Numbered from the stretch's first letter, positions 8,678 through 19,431 are shown. The stretch: DNA of 64,000 nt from Bacillota bacterium (GCA_023415835.1 JAEZJK010000042.1:2057-66056); one strand, 5' to 3'. Notes: a model not told the origin generated them from the sequence alone. Made by a program: numbers and translations.

Positions 8678-9984
8678 TGGATAACGCCGGTTCGATTTTT
8701 CAATTGTTATCCAAAAGCCGGATTAAATTGAACCTGATCTTAACGGCAGCGAAGTTTTTGGCTTGGTTTGCTTGGACAGGCGTTGTTACCGGCGCAATAT
8801 ATTTAATGGTTTATTTGGCTGGATGGCTTCAGGTTGAAATCGGATCATGGCTCTTAGTTAGCTTAGGTGGTGGATTAACCGGGTTAGGCATCGGATGGTG
8901 GCGGCGTTTGGATAATCACGCTACTGCTAGATGGTTGGATGAACATCTTAAGAGTAGGGAAGTTTTGTCCGCTGCTTTGGTATGTTTGGAGCGGGGCTGT
9001 TCCGGAAGTTTTGATGGGCTGATCCTTGACGCCGCCGGTTCAATCTCTGATAAACCCGGTCAAATCAATTGGCCGGTACGATATTTGTTGAAACAAGCCT
9101 GTTTCGCAGCCGGGGTAATCATTTTGTTCGCAGTTGGATCGCTAATTTTGACACCGGTATTTCAGAGTGGCCCTGACCGAGCTTTTTTAAAGGGGGATGG
9201 AGTAAAGAAAACGGCCGGGAAACAATCACGCCAAGATGAACGGCTGGTTGTCCAATCCCCCCGGATTTTGGCAAAAATGTTCTTCCCTGAAGATGCTAAA
9301 ATGGCAATTCTGGCCGAAAGGGCATTACGGGAAGGGAACTTACCATTTTTCCAAGATTTGCTAAATGAAGCCGAGCTTAATATGGAGCGTCAACTGACGG
9401 AGATGGCAAAACCTGAGGAACAACGCAATTTAAAAAAAGAAGTAGAACGGCGTCAGGAATTAATGAAATCGTTAATTGCGGCATCCGAAGCGGAGAATCA
9501 AACAGATAACGGATTCCAAGGGGATAAAGGCGCTGGTTCTTCCCAACTGGCTACAGCTGAAACGGGTGCCCGGCATAAAGGCAAAAGTTTTGGCCAAGGA
9601 CGGGGTTTACAGAATGATCGATCGCTTCAAAATGAAACTGAAGAGGAAGATAATAGCCTTTTTAATTACCTTCCCGGTGGAGGCGCCAAAGGGGGAACCG
9701 GGCATAACCCCAATAAAGGCGAGTGGGGAACGGTTACAGCCCGTACCGGTAAGGAAGAGACGATTATTTCCCGGAATAAAGAGAGCCAAGTTTTAGAATA
9801 CGTCCTTCCTGGGAAAAACCCTCGCTTGCCTTTGACTCAAGTAATCCCTGATTCGCAAAGGTCAGCCGAAGCTGCGGTTTATCGGGAAGGAATCCCCTAT
9901 GAATATGAAGAGTTTCTACGGAATTATTTCTTATTATTATCTCAAGAAACCAAAGGCGCTGCCCTAAAGGAGGCCCAAAAATGA
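8677..9984 (+). CDS. Uncharacterised membrane protein with an N-terminal TM pair, a charged coiled region and a Gly/Asn-rich low-complexity segment
   Basis: The start overlaps the upstream stop (TAATG). TM helices sit near the N-terminus and mid-protein. The C-terminus IPYEYEEFLRNYF recurs in MoxR-operon accessory proteins, from memory. Confidence 0.55.
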   Translation: MDNAGSIFQLLSKSRIKLNLILTAAKFLAWFAWTGVVTGAIYLMVYLAGWLQVEIGSWLLVSLGGGLTGLGIGWWRRLDNHATARWLDEHLKSREVLSAALVCLERGCSGSFDGLILDAAGSISDKPGQINWPVRYLLKQACFAAGVIILFAVGSLILTPVFQSGPDRAFLKGDGVKKTAGKQSRQDERLVVQSPRILAKMFFPEDAKMAILAERALREGNLPFFQDLLNEAELNMERQLTEMAKPEEQRNLKKEVERRQELMKSLIAASEAENQTDNGFQGDKGAGSSQLATAETGARHKGKSFGQGRGLQNDRSLQNETEEEDNSLFNYLPGGGAKGGTGHNPNKGEWGTVTARTGKEETIISRNKESQVLEYVLPGKNPRLPLTQVIPDSQRSAEAAVYREGIPYEYEEFLRNYFLLLSQETKGAALKEAQK

Positions 9985-11015
9985 AAAAAGCGGCATTAAA
10001 AGAAGGCTCCGCGATAACGGAGAAAATAAGTGAAAACGTAGAAGGCTTAAGAAAAGTCCGGGATATGATTGCCAGGGTGATAGTCGGTCAAGAAGGAGTG
10101 GTTGATCTAACTTTAATCGGGCTCCTTTGCGAAGGCCATGTTTTACTGGAAGGCGTTCCTGGACTTGGCAAGACTTTATTGGTTAAAACCCTTGCTGAAA
10201 CATTAAACCTGAAGTTCGCCCGGATTCAATTTACTCCGGATTTGATGCCTGCCGATGTCATTGGTACCAGTATAGTTACCCAGGATCAACAGCAAAACTT
10301 TGACCTTAGGTTTGAACCGGGACCGGTCTTTGCCAATTTAGTTTTGGGAGACGAAATCAATCGGGCCTCACCCAAAACCCAATCGGCGCTTTTGGAAGCA
10401 ATGCAAGAGCAGGCCGTGACCGTACGTGGGGAACGGCATCAGTTACCTAGGCCATTTTTGGTTTTGGCCACTCAGAATCCATTGGAAATGGAAGGGACCT
10501 ACCCATTACCTGAAGCGCAGATTGACCGGTTTTTCTTTAAAATTTTAATTAACTACCCTTCTGAATCGGAGTTGGAAACAATTATTGAGAGGACAGTCGG
10601 GGTTAATTATCCGGTAGTGGAACCAATCTTAGGGGTCTCGGAATTAAAGGCGATGCAGTTGGCAGTTAGGGAAGTGGTAGTTCCACCCAACGTAACTAAC
10701 TATACGGCTAGATTGATTTTGGCAACCCAACCGAATCAGGATTCGGCTTTGCCTCGAATTAAGCAGTTTGTTAAGTATGGCGCAGGCCCTCGCGGGGCTC
10801 AAAGCCTAATATTAGCTGCCAAAGCCCGCGCTTTAATGGCGGGACGTTTCAATGTTTGCCTCGAAGATCTCCAAAAATTAGTTCAGCCTTCGCTCCGGCA
10901 CCGGATGTCTTTAAATTTTGACGGACACAGCGAGGGAGTTCAAGTTGACGATTTATTGAATGAGATCATAACCGGGTTACCAACTGATAAAACCAGGCCG
11001 GAAGAGATAAAATAG
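9981..11015 (+). CDS. moxR: MoxR-family AAA+ ATPase
   Basis: Walker A GVPGLGKT, Walker B LLGDEINRASPKTQSALLEAMQE, and the MoxR C-terminal lid (GAGPRGAQSLILAAKARA). ATGA overlap with the upstream gene. Confidence 0.92.
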   Translation: MKKAALKEGSAITEKISENVEGLRKVRDMIARVIVGQEGVVDLTLIGLLCEGHVLLEGVPGLGKTLLVKTLAETLNLKFARIQFTPDLMPADVIGTSIVTQDQQQNFDLRFEPGPVFANLVLGDEINRASPKTQSALLEAMQEQAVTVRGERHQLPRPFLVLATQNPLEMEGTYPLPEAQIDRFFFKILINYPSESELETIIERTVGVNYPVVEPILGVSELKAMQLAVREVVVPPNVTNYTARLILATQPNQDSALPRIKQFVKYGAGPRGAQSLILAAKARALMAGRFNVCLEDLQKLVQPSLRHRMSLNFDGHSEGVQVDDLLNEIITGLPTDKTRPEEIK

Positions 11016-11023
11016 AGGTTTCC

Positions 11024-11902
11024 ATGGAACAGAAACTGCTCGATAACAAGGATCTTCAACTCATCAGTCAGCTGAGCCTGGTCGCGAAACGGCGAATGGC
11101 CGGGTTGGTAACCGGGGAGCAACATAGTCCGGTTCAAGGCGGCGGAATCGAATTTGCGGATTACCGGGAGTATCAACCCGGTGACGATATCCGCCAGATT
11201 GATTGGTCTGTCTTTCTCCGTTTACACCGCTTATTGGTTAAATTATGCGCTGAAGAAAAAGAGCTTACTTTGATGTTAATTCTGGATAACAGCCGATCGA
11301 TGCGATTCGGGAACCCGGATAAATTGTTGCTGTCGGAGAAAATTGCCGCTATTTTGGCGGGGGTTGCTTTAAACGACGGCAACCGGGTTGGAGTTACGGC
11401 CTTGGGGCATAACTTAACCGAAGTCTTCCGCCCGGAACGTTCTAGGGCGTCGTTAAGCGCAATAAGCAAGGCTTTGCTTAAGGTTAAACCGGTGGAAACC
11501 ATTGACCCGGTTTCGTGCCTCCGGCAGTTTGCCTCTCGTTACGGCCATAAATGCCTGGCGGTGCTCTTATCCGATATGCTCTTTCCGGAATGGGCCAAGG
11601 TGGTTACTGGTTTGGCAGCCAGCGGCTGTGAAGGTTACCTGATTCAAGTATTAGCACCCGAAGAACTGGAACCGGCCTATCTGGGTGAGGTTACCCTGGT
11701 TGATCTGGAAGGTAAGGGTGAGATCTCGCTTCATGCCGACTTTGGGACCGCTCAAAAGTACCGTCGGGAAATGGCTTCCTTTTTACAAGAAGTACGCAAG
11801 GCTTGTCACCGCAACGGACTGGGACACACTATGGTTAAAACTAACACGCCTTTAGCCCAGATTGTTCACAAAGACCTGCGAAAGGGGGGGGCCTTATGTT
11901 AA
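11024..11902 (+). CDS. DUF58 protein (VWA-like MoxR partner)
   Basis: Diagnostic FADYREYQPGDDIRQIDW motif followed by a VWA-like LILDNSRSM. Confidence 0.88.
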   Translation: MEQKLLDNKDLQLISQLSLVAKRRMAGLVTGEQHSPVQGGGIEFADYREYQPGDDIRQIDWSVFLRLHRLLVKLCAEEKELTLMLILDNSRSMRFGNPDKLLLSEKIAAILAGVALNDGNRVGVTALGHNLTEVFRPERSRASLSAISKALLKVKPVETIDPVSCLRQFASRYGHKCLAVLLSDMLFPEWAKVVTGLAASGCEGYLIQVLAPEELEPAYLGEVTLVDLEGKGEISLHADFGTAQKYRREMASFLQEVRKACHRNGLGHTMVKTNTPLAQIVHKDLRKGGALC

Positions 11903-13737
11903 AGTGGATCCTTCCCGGAGCAATTTGGTTGGGTTTGGCATTATTGCCGATCTTATTCTTTTATTTTTTACGGGTGAGGTTTCGCGCCCAACCGGTTTCC
12001 TCTATTTACATTTGGTCCCGCCTTCAAAACGTGACCACCGAAGGGAGTAGGCTGCGGCGCCGGTCGGTTTTATTGTTGTTACTGCAAATAGCTACAGCTT
12101 TAGCTGCTATAACGGCTATTGCTGGACCTTTTTTATTCGTCCGCCATCTGGCGGCGCCAGGCATTGCCTATTTAGTGGATGTATCGGCAAGTATGAATGC
12201 TGCCGAAAGCTTATCCAAGGATAGCCAAACCCGCCTGGAAGCCGCCCGTGAAATATTGGCCAAAGAGATTAGGGGTATGGATCCTAAAACCAACTGTATG
12301 GTTTTTTTATGCGATACCCAAGCCCGGCCTTTAGCTGGACCTACGCTTGAACATGGCCGGATCCTATCGAGCCTTAACCAAATTAAGGCCAGTAACGCGG
12401 GATTTAACGAAGCTGAAGTATCAAGCCAATTACAAGCATGGCTAGGTGCGCAAAAAGGATCCTGGCAGGCTTTTTTGATCAGTGACGGCGGACTTGATTT
12501 AGGAGGCCAAAGCATAGCAAAGGTTTTCGGAGGAAGGGTCAAGGCTAAAATCATTGGCAAGGAACGGCGTAACCTGGGTGTTGCCGGATTGCGCTTATTG
12601 GGATCAAAAGCCTCTTTTTTTATTAATAATGGTTGGCCAAGTGAACGGACGGTTCAAATCAGTTTGGTTTATCAAGAACGGACTTTGGCCCGTGCGGCGT
12701 TGGATGTCCCTCCCGGTTTATCGAACCAGGCTTTGGCATTAGATGTCCAAGTCAAACCAGGGGTTTACCGGATTCAACTGGATCAAAACCATGACGCTTT
12801 GAATGCGGATGATTTTTCGTATTTAGCCGTTAATCAACAGCGCCGGTTTCGGGTATTGCAGGTGGGACCGGCCAATCCTTTCCTACAGTCGATTTTAGGC
12901 CATCCAAACATTGAGTTGACGTCGCTTCCCGAATTTCCCGAAGCCCTTCAAGGTTATTGGGACCTAATTATCGCCGACCGGGTAGAGATTCCCCCGGATT
13001 TAAGGGCTAACTTGCTTAGCTTTGTGCGGATACCCCCCAAAGCCCCGGTTAGTTTTACCGGTAATATCAGCGGGATGCTTGACCCGGCCGGTATTTTCCA
13101 CCCGTTACTCCGGTTTGTGAGATGGGATGGGGTTCAGGTGGCCGACGGGCACATTTTAAAAGTTAAGCCCGGATTACCGGTGTTAGCGGAGGTTGCCGGC
13201 GAACCGGTAGTTGCCGCCTGGGAAGAGGATGGCTTTCAAAGGGTAATTTGTGGTTTTGACTTATATACATCCAATTTCGGCCTCTCCGGGGCTTTCCCTA
13301 TCTTTTTCCAAAATTTGTTGCAATGGCTCACGCCGCAGGGAGGGAACCAATTGGCATACAACCTGACCGTTGGGGAACCGATGGTTTTTGGTGAGTCTCC
13401 GGCATGGCGGATCCTAGCTGACGAGCATTTTGACCTGGATCGACGGGGTCCGTTAATCGAGATTAGGGCTCTCAAATCCGGCTTTTTTCAATGGAAAGGG
13501 GAATCGGATCGAGGTTTTCTAGTGGCAAACCCTCCTTTTGGGGAATCGGATCTAGCTCCGCAACCGCTTCATTTTAAACAGGCAGCGGTAACAGCTGCGG
13601 CGGAATTGGCTATTGACCAAATTCCTTTGACACAATGGCCGTTATTGGTTTTGTTGGGATGTTTGCTAGCGGAATGGATAATTTGGCGGGGCGGTTGGCA
13701 GCTTAAGAAAGGAGTAAACCTAAATGTGGTGGACTAA
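11896..13737 (+). CDS. BatA-like protein: aerotolerance-regulator N-terminal TM domain + VWA domain + C-terminal TM anchor
   Basis: N-terminal LPGAIWLGLALLPILFFYFLR (BatA_N-like). MIDAS-type YLVDVSASM. C-terminal TM helix. Confidence 0.8.
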   Translation: MLKWILPGAIWLGLALLPILFFYFLRVRFRAQPVSSIYIWSRLQNVTTEGSRLRRRSVLLLLLQIATALAAITAIAGPFLFVRHLAAPGIAYLVDVSASMNAAESLSKDSQTRLEAAREILAKEIRGMDPKTNCMVFLCDTQARPLAGPTLEHGRILSSLNQIKASNAGFNEAEVSSQLQAWLGAQKGSWQAFLISDGGLDLGGQSIAKVFGGRVKAKIIGKERRNLGVAGLRLLGSKASFFINNGWPSERTVQISLVYQERTLARAALDVPPGLSNQALALDVQVKPGVYRIQLDQNHDALNADDFSYLAVNQQRRFRVLQVGPANPFLQSILGHPNIELTSLPEFPEALQGYWDLIIADRVEIPPDLRANLLSFVRIPPKAPVSFTGNISGMLDPAGIFHPLLRFVRWDGVQVADGHILKVKPGLPVLAEVAGEPVVAAWEEDGFQRVICGFDLYTSNFGLSGAFPIFFQNLLQWLTPQGGNQLAYNLTVGEPMVFGESPAWRILADEHFDLDRRGPLIEIRALKSGFFQWKGESDRGFLVANPPFGESDLAPQPLHFKQAAVTAAAELAIDQIPLTQWPLLVLLGCLLAEWIIWRGGWQLKKGVNLNVVD

Positions 13738-16483
13738 TCCTTTTTGGTTGCTGGCGTTGATTTTAATAATTCCAATAATCAAATTGGGGAAAATCCCGCC
13801 GCTTTGGCGTAGCGCCCGTAATTTAACGGCAACAGCGGAATATTCCCGTTTGGGACAGGATCGCAACCTAACCCGCCTGACTATGCTGAGAGTGTTTACG
13901 GTTTTGGCAGTGGTTTTAGCCTTGGCCGGTACCACGGTGAAGTTGCCATCAGATTACCGGCAATTGGTGGTCTTATTGGACACTTCATCAAGTGTCGGTC
14001 TTTCCCAGATCGAAACAGCCCGGTCGGCCGCGTTGCGTTTGATTGGCCAATTGAACCCCAAAGATCGGGTAGCTGTAGCATCTTTCGCCGGAGAACCGCA
14101 ATTAATCATCCCGTTTTCCACTCCCGACAATGTAACCTCTGTTTTAGCGGGGGCAGGCCTTGGGGCTCCCCTGCCCGGAGCCACAAACATCCAGGCGGCT
14201 TTGGGCCTGGGAAAAGAATTATTAAAAGAAACTCATGGTTACCGGAGCATCTTGCTCTTTTCTGATGGGCATCCCACTGCCGGCGGATCTCTCAATACAG
14301 TATTGCAAGGACTGAAAGGGATTCCGGTCGATGTTATTCCCATTGGGCGGGCAGGTAGCGGACTGTTCTCGGAAGGGCTTGACTTGCCTGAAAATATTCA
14401 TCCTAATGAACCGATCCTGGGCTACTGGAAAATTAAGGCTGACCAAAGCCAAACTATTTCATTGGTTCTGAAAATAGACGATCAGACGGTGATCAGAAAG
14501 CAGATATCCGTTTTACCCGGACGGACTTCGATCCCGCTGAACCTGCCCGGCCTAAACTCCGGGACTTACCGTGTGATGGTTGAAGCCATTAATAATAAGG
14601 GGAAACCGTTTCCGGGGGCTAATACCGGCGGAGTGCTTCAAGTTAAGGGACCGGCGCGGGTAATGGTAGCCAGCGGCGGACCGCTGCGTTCCCCGGTGGG
14701 AAAAGCCCTTCAAATTCAAGGAATGGATGTAGAGTTCAGCGGGATCGAAGATATACCGGAGACGGTTCTTGGTTTAACCGGATATGGAGCGATGATCCTT
14801 GATAACGTACCTGCGCTTTACCTGACTGAAAGCCAACAAAAAGCAATTCAAAGCTATGTTGCGGGTGGCGGAGGGTTGTTAGTGGTAGGGGGCGATTCCT
14901 CTTTAGGCCGCGGCGAATATTACGCCACCGGATTGGAAGAATTGTTGCCGGTCCAGACCGATACCAGGCAACGGCTCTTATTTACCCGGGCAAATATCTT
15001 ATTTGTTATCGACCATTCCGGTTCAATGTCCGAAATGGTAGGTGATACTTCGAAACAAATGGCTGCCATGGAAGGGGTTATGGCAGCGGTTAAGGAATTA
15101 AACCCTGTCGATGAAGTTGGTATTCTCGCTTTCGATATCGCTCCTACTTGGATTTTACCGTTTACTCCGGTTAGCCAACAAGCAGATATAAACCGTTCGC
15201 TCTCCGAGATCGGCCAAGGGGGTGGAACGGATATTTCATCCACCTTGGAGGAGATTAGCAAAGGTTTTCGTAGCCGGGGTCCGGTACGGCGCCATACGGT
15301 AATTTTAACCGATGGTTTAACCACGTCCAGCGCAAATTTCAAGGAATTAGTCGATCGGATAAGAACAGCCGGAGTATCAGTTACTACCATTGGTGTCGGG
15401 GAACAGATTAATGAAAAACTGTTACGTAATATTGCCGCTTGGGGTGATGGCCAATTTTACCGGGCTGATTTGGATCAGGTTCCCAAAGTGATCTTGAAAG
15501 AAACGGTGCGAGTAACCAGGGATCTAATTCAAGAAGGTACCTTCCAGCCGAAGATCCGGACGCAAGCCCCAGTTTTAAATGGCCTGGATCAAGGCCTCCC
15601 TCCGGTAAACGGTTATTTAATTACCAAACCCAAAAGTATGGCTACTGTTTACTTGGAAACCGATAAGAAAGATCCGTTGCTTGCTTCCTGGCGCTATGGC
15701 AGCGGACAGGTGGCTGTTTTTACCGGAGATTCCGGTAGTAGGTGGTTATCGGAATGGTCCGGGACCGGTTATTATAACCTTTTATGGAGCCAATTGATCC
15801 GGACGATTGAACGAGGTTCTTCCGACACCGGTTTACGGGTGCAAACCAGGGTTGAGGCGGGAAACGCCCTGATTGAAGTAGAAGCAGCGGGATCAGATCG
15901 GCGGCTCCGTACCGGCCTCCATTTAATCGGAAGTTCGGAGAATTCCGGTGAAATCTTTAAGCTTCATGAAACAGCTCCCGGTCATTATCAAACCCTGGTA
16001 GCTTTGGAAGGGACCGGGTTACATACCTTTCAAATCCGGGATAGTTTAGCGGGGGATTTGGCTATTGGTTGGGCTTGGAACCAGCAAGGGGATGAGCTGC
16101 CAATTTCCGGTCCGGCTCTGTCCTTTCTAGGGCAACTGGCTTCGGTTAGCGGTGGTAAACTTTTTACCATCGATTTAAAAACCCTTCCCAAAGTAGGTTG
16201 GGCATGGAAACAAACTCCTTTGCAAAATTATTTGGCAATTTTGGCGTTACTTCTGTTAGTGATCGAACTTGGATATCGCAGTACTTCTTTGGGGCAAATG
16301 CGGATGGCTCAAGCTTTATTCGATGCCTGGCGGTCAGCTCAAGCCCGGTTGATTAATACGATACGCGGTTTTACCCTCCGGGATGATTCCGCCGAACCCG
16401 GCAGTCAAAGAGTTAACGAAGCTTACCGGTATTTAGCCGAGCGGGTTCGCCGTAATAAAGGGACAGTTGAAAAAGATGCTTAA
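13724..16483 (+). CDS. Large BatA_N / double-VWA / GATase1-like membrane protein
   Basis: N-terminal FWLLALILIIPIIKL. Two VWA MIDAS motifs (VVLLDTSSSV, FVIDHSGSM). AMILDNVPA...YVAGGGGLLVVGG is GATase1-like. C-terminal TM helix. Confidence 0.8.
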   Translation: MWWTNPFWLLALILIIPIIKLGKIPPLWRSARNLTATAEYSRLGQDRNLTRLTMLRVFTVLAVVLALAGTTVKLPSDYRQLVVLLDTSSSVGLSQIETARSAALRLIGQLNPKDRVAVASFAGEPQLIIPFSTPDNVTSVLAGAGLGAPLPGATNIQAALGLGKELLKETHGYRSILLFSDGHPTAGGSLNTVLQGLKGIPVDVIPIGRAGSGLFSEGLDLPENIHPNEPILGYWKIKADQSQTISLVLKIDDQTVIRKQISVLPGRTSIPLNLPGLNSGTYRVMVEAINNKGKPFPGANTGGVLQVKGPARVMVASGGPLRSPVGKALQIQGMDVEFSGIEDIPETVLGLTGYGAMILDNVPALYLTESQQKAIQSYVAGGGGLLVVGGDSSLGRGEYYATGLEELLPVQTDTRQRLLFTRANILFVIDHSGSMSEMVGDTSKQMAAMEGVMAAVKELNPVDEVGILAFDIAPTWILPFTPVSQQADINRSLSEIGQGGGTDISSTLEEISKGFRSRGPVRRHTVILTDGLTTSSANFKELVDRIRTAGVSVTTIGVGEQINEKLLRNIAAWGDGQFYRADLDQVPKVILKETVRVTRDLIQEGTFQPKIRTQAPVLNGLDQGLPPVNGYLITKPKSMATVYLETDKKDPLLASWRYGSGQVAVFTGDSGSRWLSEWSGTGYYNLLWSQLIRTIERGSSDTGLRVQTRVEAGNALIEVEAAGSDRRLRTGLHLIGSSENSGEIFKLHETAPGHYQTLVALEGTGLHTFQIRDSLAGDLAIGWAWNQQGDELPISGPALSFLGQLASVSGGKLFTIDLKTLPKVGWAWKQTPLQNYLAILALLLLVIELGYRSTSLGQMRMAQALFDAWRSAQARLINTIRGFTLRDDSAEPGSQRVNEAYRYLAERVRRNKGTVEKDA

Positions 16484-16630
16484 ACCAAACCCGGCTCTTT
16501 ACTGCAACTGACCAGCTAATATAGGGCGGTTCAGAGATCCCTCCCGGAGGGGCCATCAGCGGTGTAAAAACGGACGGTTCTTAATTTTAGTTGCTTATTT
16601 TTAACCAGATAGTAATTGAAACCTCTAAAT

Positions 16631-16657
16631 TTGACGATAAACTAAATTTGGTATAAT
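16631..16657 (+). promoter_or_regulatory. Candidate sigma-70 promoter for the GH105/GH28 genes
   Basis: TTGACG (16631-16636), 15-nt spacer, and an extended -10 TGgTATAAT (TATAAT 16652-16657). The spacer is short. Confidence 0.35.
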
Positions 16658-16812
16658 CACAAGTATATGTCAGATTAATATTGCTGGATTTAATTGCAGA
16701 TTTTACTGGGTTTGATGTATAATAAGAGATATATGCCATTATTTGTTGTATATTCTTGGAAATTTTTATAATGTTGTATTGGAAATCATTAATTCTTTAG
16801 GAGGAATACCTG

Positions 16813-17931
16813 TTGTATAACCAATCTAGTCAAAAATGGTCGGTACGGATGGCCGACTCGGAGATGAAACGGGCGGAAATCACGCTTAAAAAATGGGGCG
16901 CCTATGATTCGGGCGTTGTGCTGAAGGGGATCGAGCAAGTTTGGCGGCAAACCAAGGACCAGAAATACTTTGATTATATCAAAAAGAACCTCGATGAATA
17001 TGTTGAAGAGGATGGCAATATTAAAACATATGAGCTTGACGAATATAATATTGATCAGGTTAACAATGGCAAACTCTTATTAATGCTCTTCAATGAAACC
17101 GGCGAGGAGAAATACAAAAAAGCCGCCTATCTTCAACGCGAACAGTTAAAGACCCATCCCCGGACCAGCGAAGGCGGGTTTTGGCATAAACAGATTTATC
17201 CTCATCAGATGTGGTTGGATGGTATTTTCATGGGTTCCCCCTTTTATGCTGAATTTGCCAAAATCTTTAATGAACCGGAGATTTTTGACGATGTCGCCCA
17301 TCAAGTTACCTTAATCGCCAAATACACCAGGGATTCTAAAACCGGTTTGTTTTATCATGGCTGGGATGAGAGTAAAGAACAAAAATGGGCCAACCCCGAA
17401 ACCGGCTGTTCGCCTAATTTTTGGGGACGGGCGATAGGATGGTATGCAGTGGCCATCATCGATATCCTGGACTTCTTCCCTGAAAATCACCGGCAACGAA
17501 AGGACATCGTTAAAATTTTCCAGGAACTGATTGAAGCTGTAATTAAGGTACAGGATGAAAAGACCGGCCTTTGGCACCAAGTGATTGACCAAGGTGGCCG
17601 GGAAGGTAATTATCATGAAGCTTCTGCTTCATCGATGTTTGTTTATGCAATCGCTAAGGGCGTCCGCAACGGTTATCTTGAACATAAACATTTGGAAGCT
17701 GCTAAGAAAGGCTTCGATGGAATTATCAGAAATTTGATAAAAATCGATGACCAGGGATTAGTTGATTTGACCCAGGGATGTTCGGTAGCAGGTTTGGGTA
17801 AAACCTCACCAACTGCGCCGTACCGGGATGGATCCTTTGAGTATTACATCAGTGAGCCGGTAGTTACCAATGATCCGAAAGCGGTTGGCGCCTTTATCTT
17901 AGCCAGCAACGAAATAGAGAAAGCGGGTTGA
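16813..17931 (+). CDS. Unsaturated rhamnogalacturonyl hydrolase, GH105 (YteR-like)
   Basis: RTSEGGFWHKQIYPHQMWLDGIFMGSPFYAEFA and the WGRAIGWY motif are typical of GH105/GH88. The TTG track start is uncertain; an ATG lies 12 codons in. Confidence 0.88.
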   Translation: MYNQSSQKWSVRMADSEMKRAEITLKKWGAYDSGVVLKGIEQVWRQTKDQKYFDYIKKNLDEYVEEDGNIKTYELDEYNIDQVNNGKLLLMLFNETGEEKYKKAAYLQREQLKTHPRTSEGGFWHKQIYPHQMWLDGIFMGSPFYAEFAKIFNEPEIFDDVAHQVTLIAKYTRDSKTGLFYHGWDESKEQKWANPETGCSPNFWGRAIGWYAVAIIDILDFFPENHRQRKDIVKIFQELIEAVIKVQDEKTGLWHQVIDQGGREGNYHEASASSMFVYAIAKGVRNGYLEHKHLEAAKKGFDGIIRNLIKIDDQGLVDLTQGCSVAGLGKTSPTAPYRDGSFEYYISEPVVTNDPKAVGAFILASNEIEKAG

Positions 17932-17934
17932 ATC

Positions 17935-19431
17935 ATGCAAACTGAGCATAAAAAAACAGATACGGTTTTTAACATTGTTGATTTCGGCGCTATCGCCGAC
18001 GGTAAAACTTTAAGCACCGCCTTTTTTGCAGCAGCGGTTAAGGCTTGCGTGGCGGCGGGCGGAGGCACGGTTTACGTGCCGGCGGGCACCTTCCTGAGCG
18101 GCCCGGTTCATTTGCAAAGCAATATCACACTTCATCTGGATGCTGGGGCCAAGATTTTGTTCAGTCAAGATCCTAAGGATTATCCGGTGGTATATAGCAG
18201 ATGGGAGGGGGAAAACTGTGAAGTCTATTCCCCGTTGATTTACGGCAAAGGATTGGAGAATGTGGCAGTCACCGGACGTGGCGTTTTGGACGGCCAGGGC
18301 GAGCCATGGTGGAAATGGCACCGGGAGAAAAGCCTTGCGTACCCTCGGCCGCGTTTTATCTGTTTTGAAGATTCAAACAACGTTTTAATCGAAGGAGTTA
18401 AATTAATAAATTCGCCAGCTTGGACCCTTAATCCGATCAACTGCGAAAACCTTACTATTAATAAAATTACTATTAAAAATCCGGCGAATTCTCCCAATAC
18501 TGACGGGATTGACCCCGAATCCTGTAAAAATGTGCATATTTCCAATTGCCATATTGACGTCGGGGACGATTGCATCGCCATCAAATCCGGTATTGAAAAG
18601 TGTAAAGATAAAATTCCTTGCGAGAACATTACCATCACCAACTGCACTATGGTTCACGGCCACGGCGGGGTGGTGATCGGGAGTGAAATGAGCGGCGGGG
18701 TCAGAAATGTAGTCATTTCCAACTGCGTTTTTGAGGGGACCGATCGCGGTATCAGGTTAAAGTCAAGGCGCGGCCGGGGTGGAGTAGTTGAGGATATTAG
18801 AGTTAATAATATTATCATGAAAAGGGTAATCTGCCCGTTTGTCCTTAACCTTTACTATTTTTGCGGCGCTGGTGGTAAAGAGAAGGTTGTATGGGATAAA
18901 AATCCTTATCCGGTAACCGACGCTACCCCGATTTTCCGGAGGATTCAATTTAGCAATATCACCGCCAGGGAGGTTTCGGCGGCAGCCGGGTTTATGTATG
19001 GCCTACCGGAAATGGCTTTAGAGGAGATTACCTTTGACAATGTCTCGGTCCATTTAGCCGAAGATGCTGAACCGGATGTCCCGGCGATGATGAGCAATTT
19101 GGAACCCATGAAACAACAGGGATTTTTCTGTTGCAACGCTAAAAATGTGACCTTTAACAATGTCAAAGTAAGTGGACATACAGGGATCGCCTTCCAAGTC
19201 GAAAAATCCGAAGACATCGAATTTTCGGGTTGTTCCGCTGTGAATGGCCCCTATCAACCGTTGATTGCCATGGATGGAGTTAATCACGGTTTTATTCAGG
19301 GCTGTAAAACTTCGGCAGAACAAGGGGTTTTGTTGGAACTCAAAGGCTACGGAAACCAAAATATTGAGTTTCAAGGCAGAAAAGATCGGATTAAATTAAC
19401 TGAGGGCGCAAAGGAGAGCTCCCTGATCTGA
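17935..19431 (+). CDS. GH28 glycoside hydrolase (exo-polygalacturonase / rhamnogalacturonase class)
   Basis: The four GH28 signatures NTDGID, GDDCIAIKSG, GHGGVVIGSE and RGIRLKS. No signal peptide is evident. Confidence 0.9.
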   Translation: MQTEHKKTDTVFNIVDFGAIADGKTLSTAFFAAAVKACVAAGGGTVYVPAGTFLSGPVHLQSNITLHLDAGAKILFSQDPKDYPVVYSRWEGENCEVYSPLIYGKGLENVAVTGRGVLDGQGEPWWKWHREKSLAYPRPRFICFEDSNNVLIEGVKLINSPAWTLNPINCENLTINKITIKNPANSPNTDGIDPESCKNVHISNCHIDVGDDCIAIKSGIEKCKDKIPCENITITNCTMVHGHGGVVIGSEMSGGVRNVVISNCVFEGTDRGIRLKSRRGRGGVVEDIRVNNIIMKRVICPFVLNLYYFCGAGGKEKVVWDKNPYPVTDATPIFRRIQFSNITAREVSAAAGFMYGLPEMALEEITFDNVSVHLAEDAEPDVPAMMSNLEPMKQQGFFCCNAKNVTFNNVKVSGHTGIAFQVEKSEDIEFSGCSAVNGPYQPLIAMDGVNHGFIQGCKTSAEQGVLLELKGYGNQNIEFQGRKDRIKLTEGAKESSLI

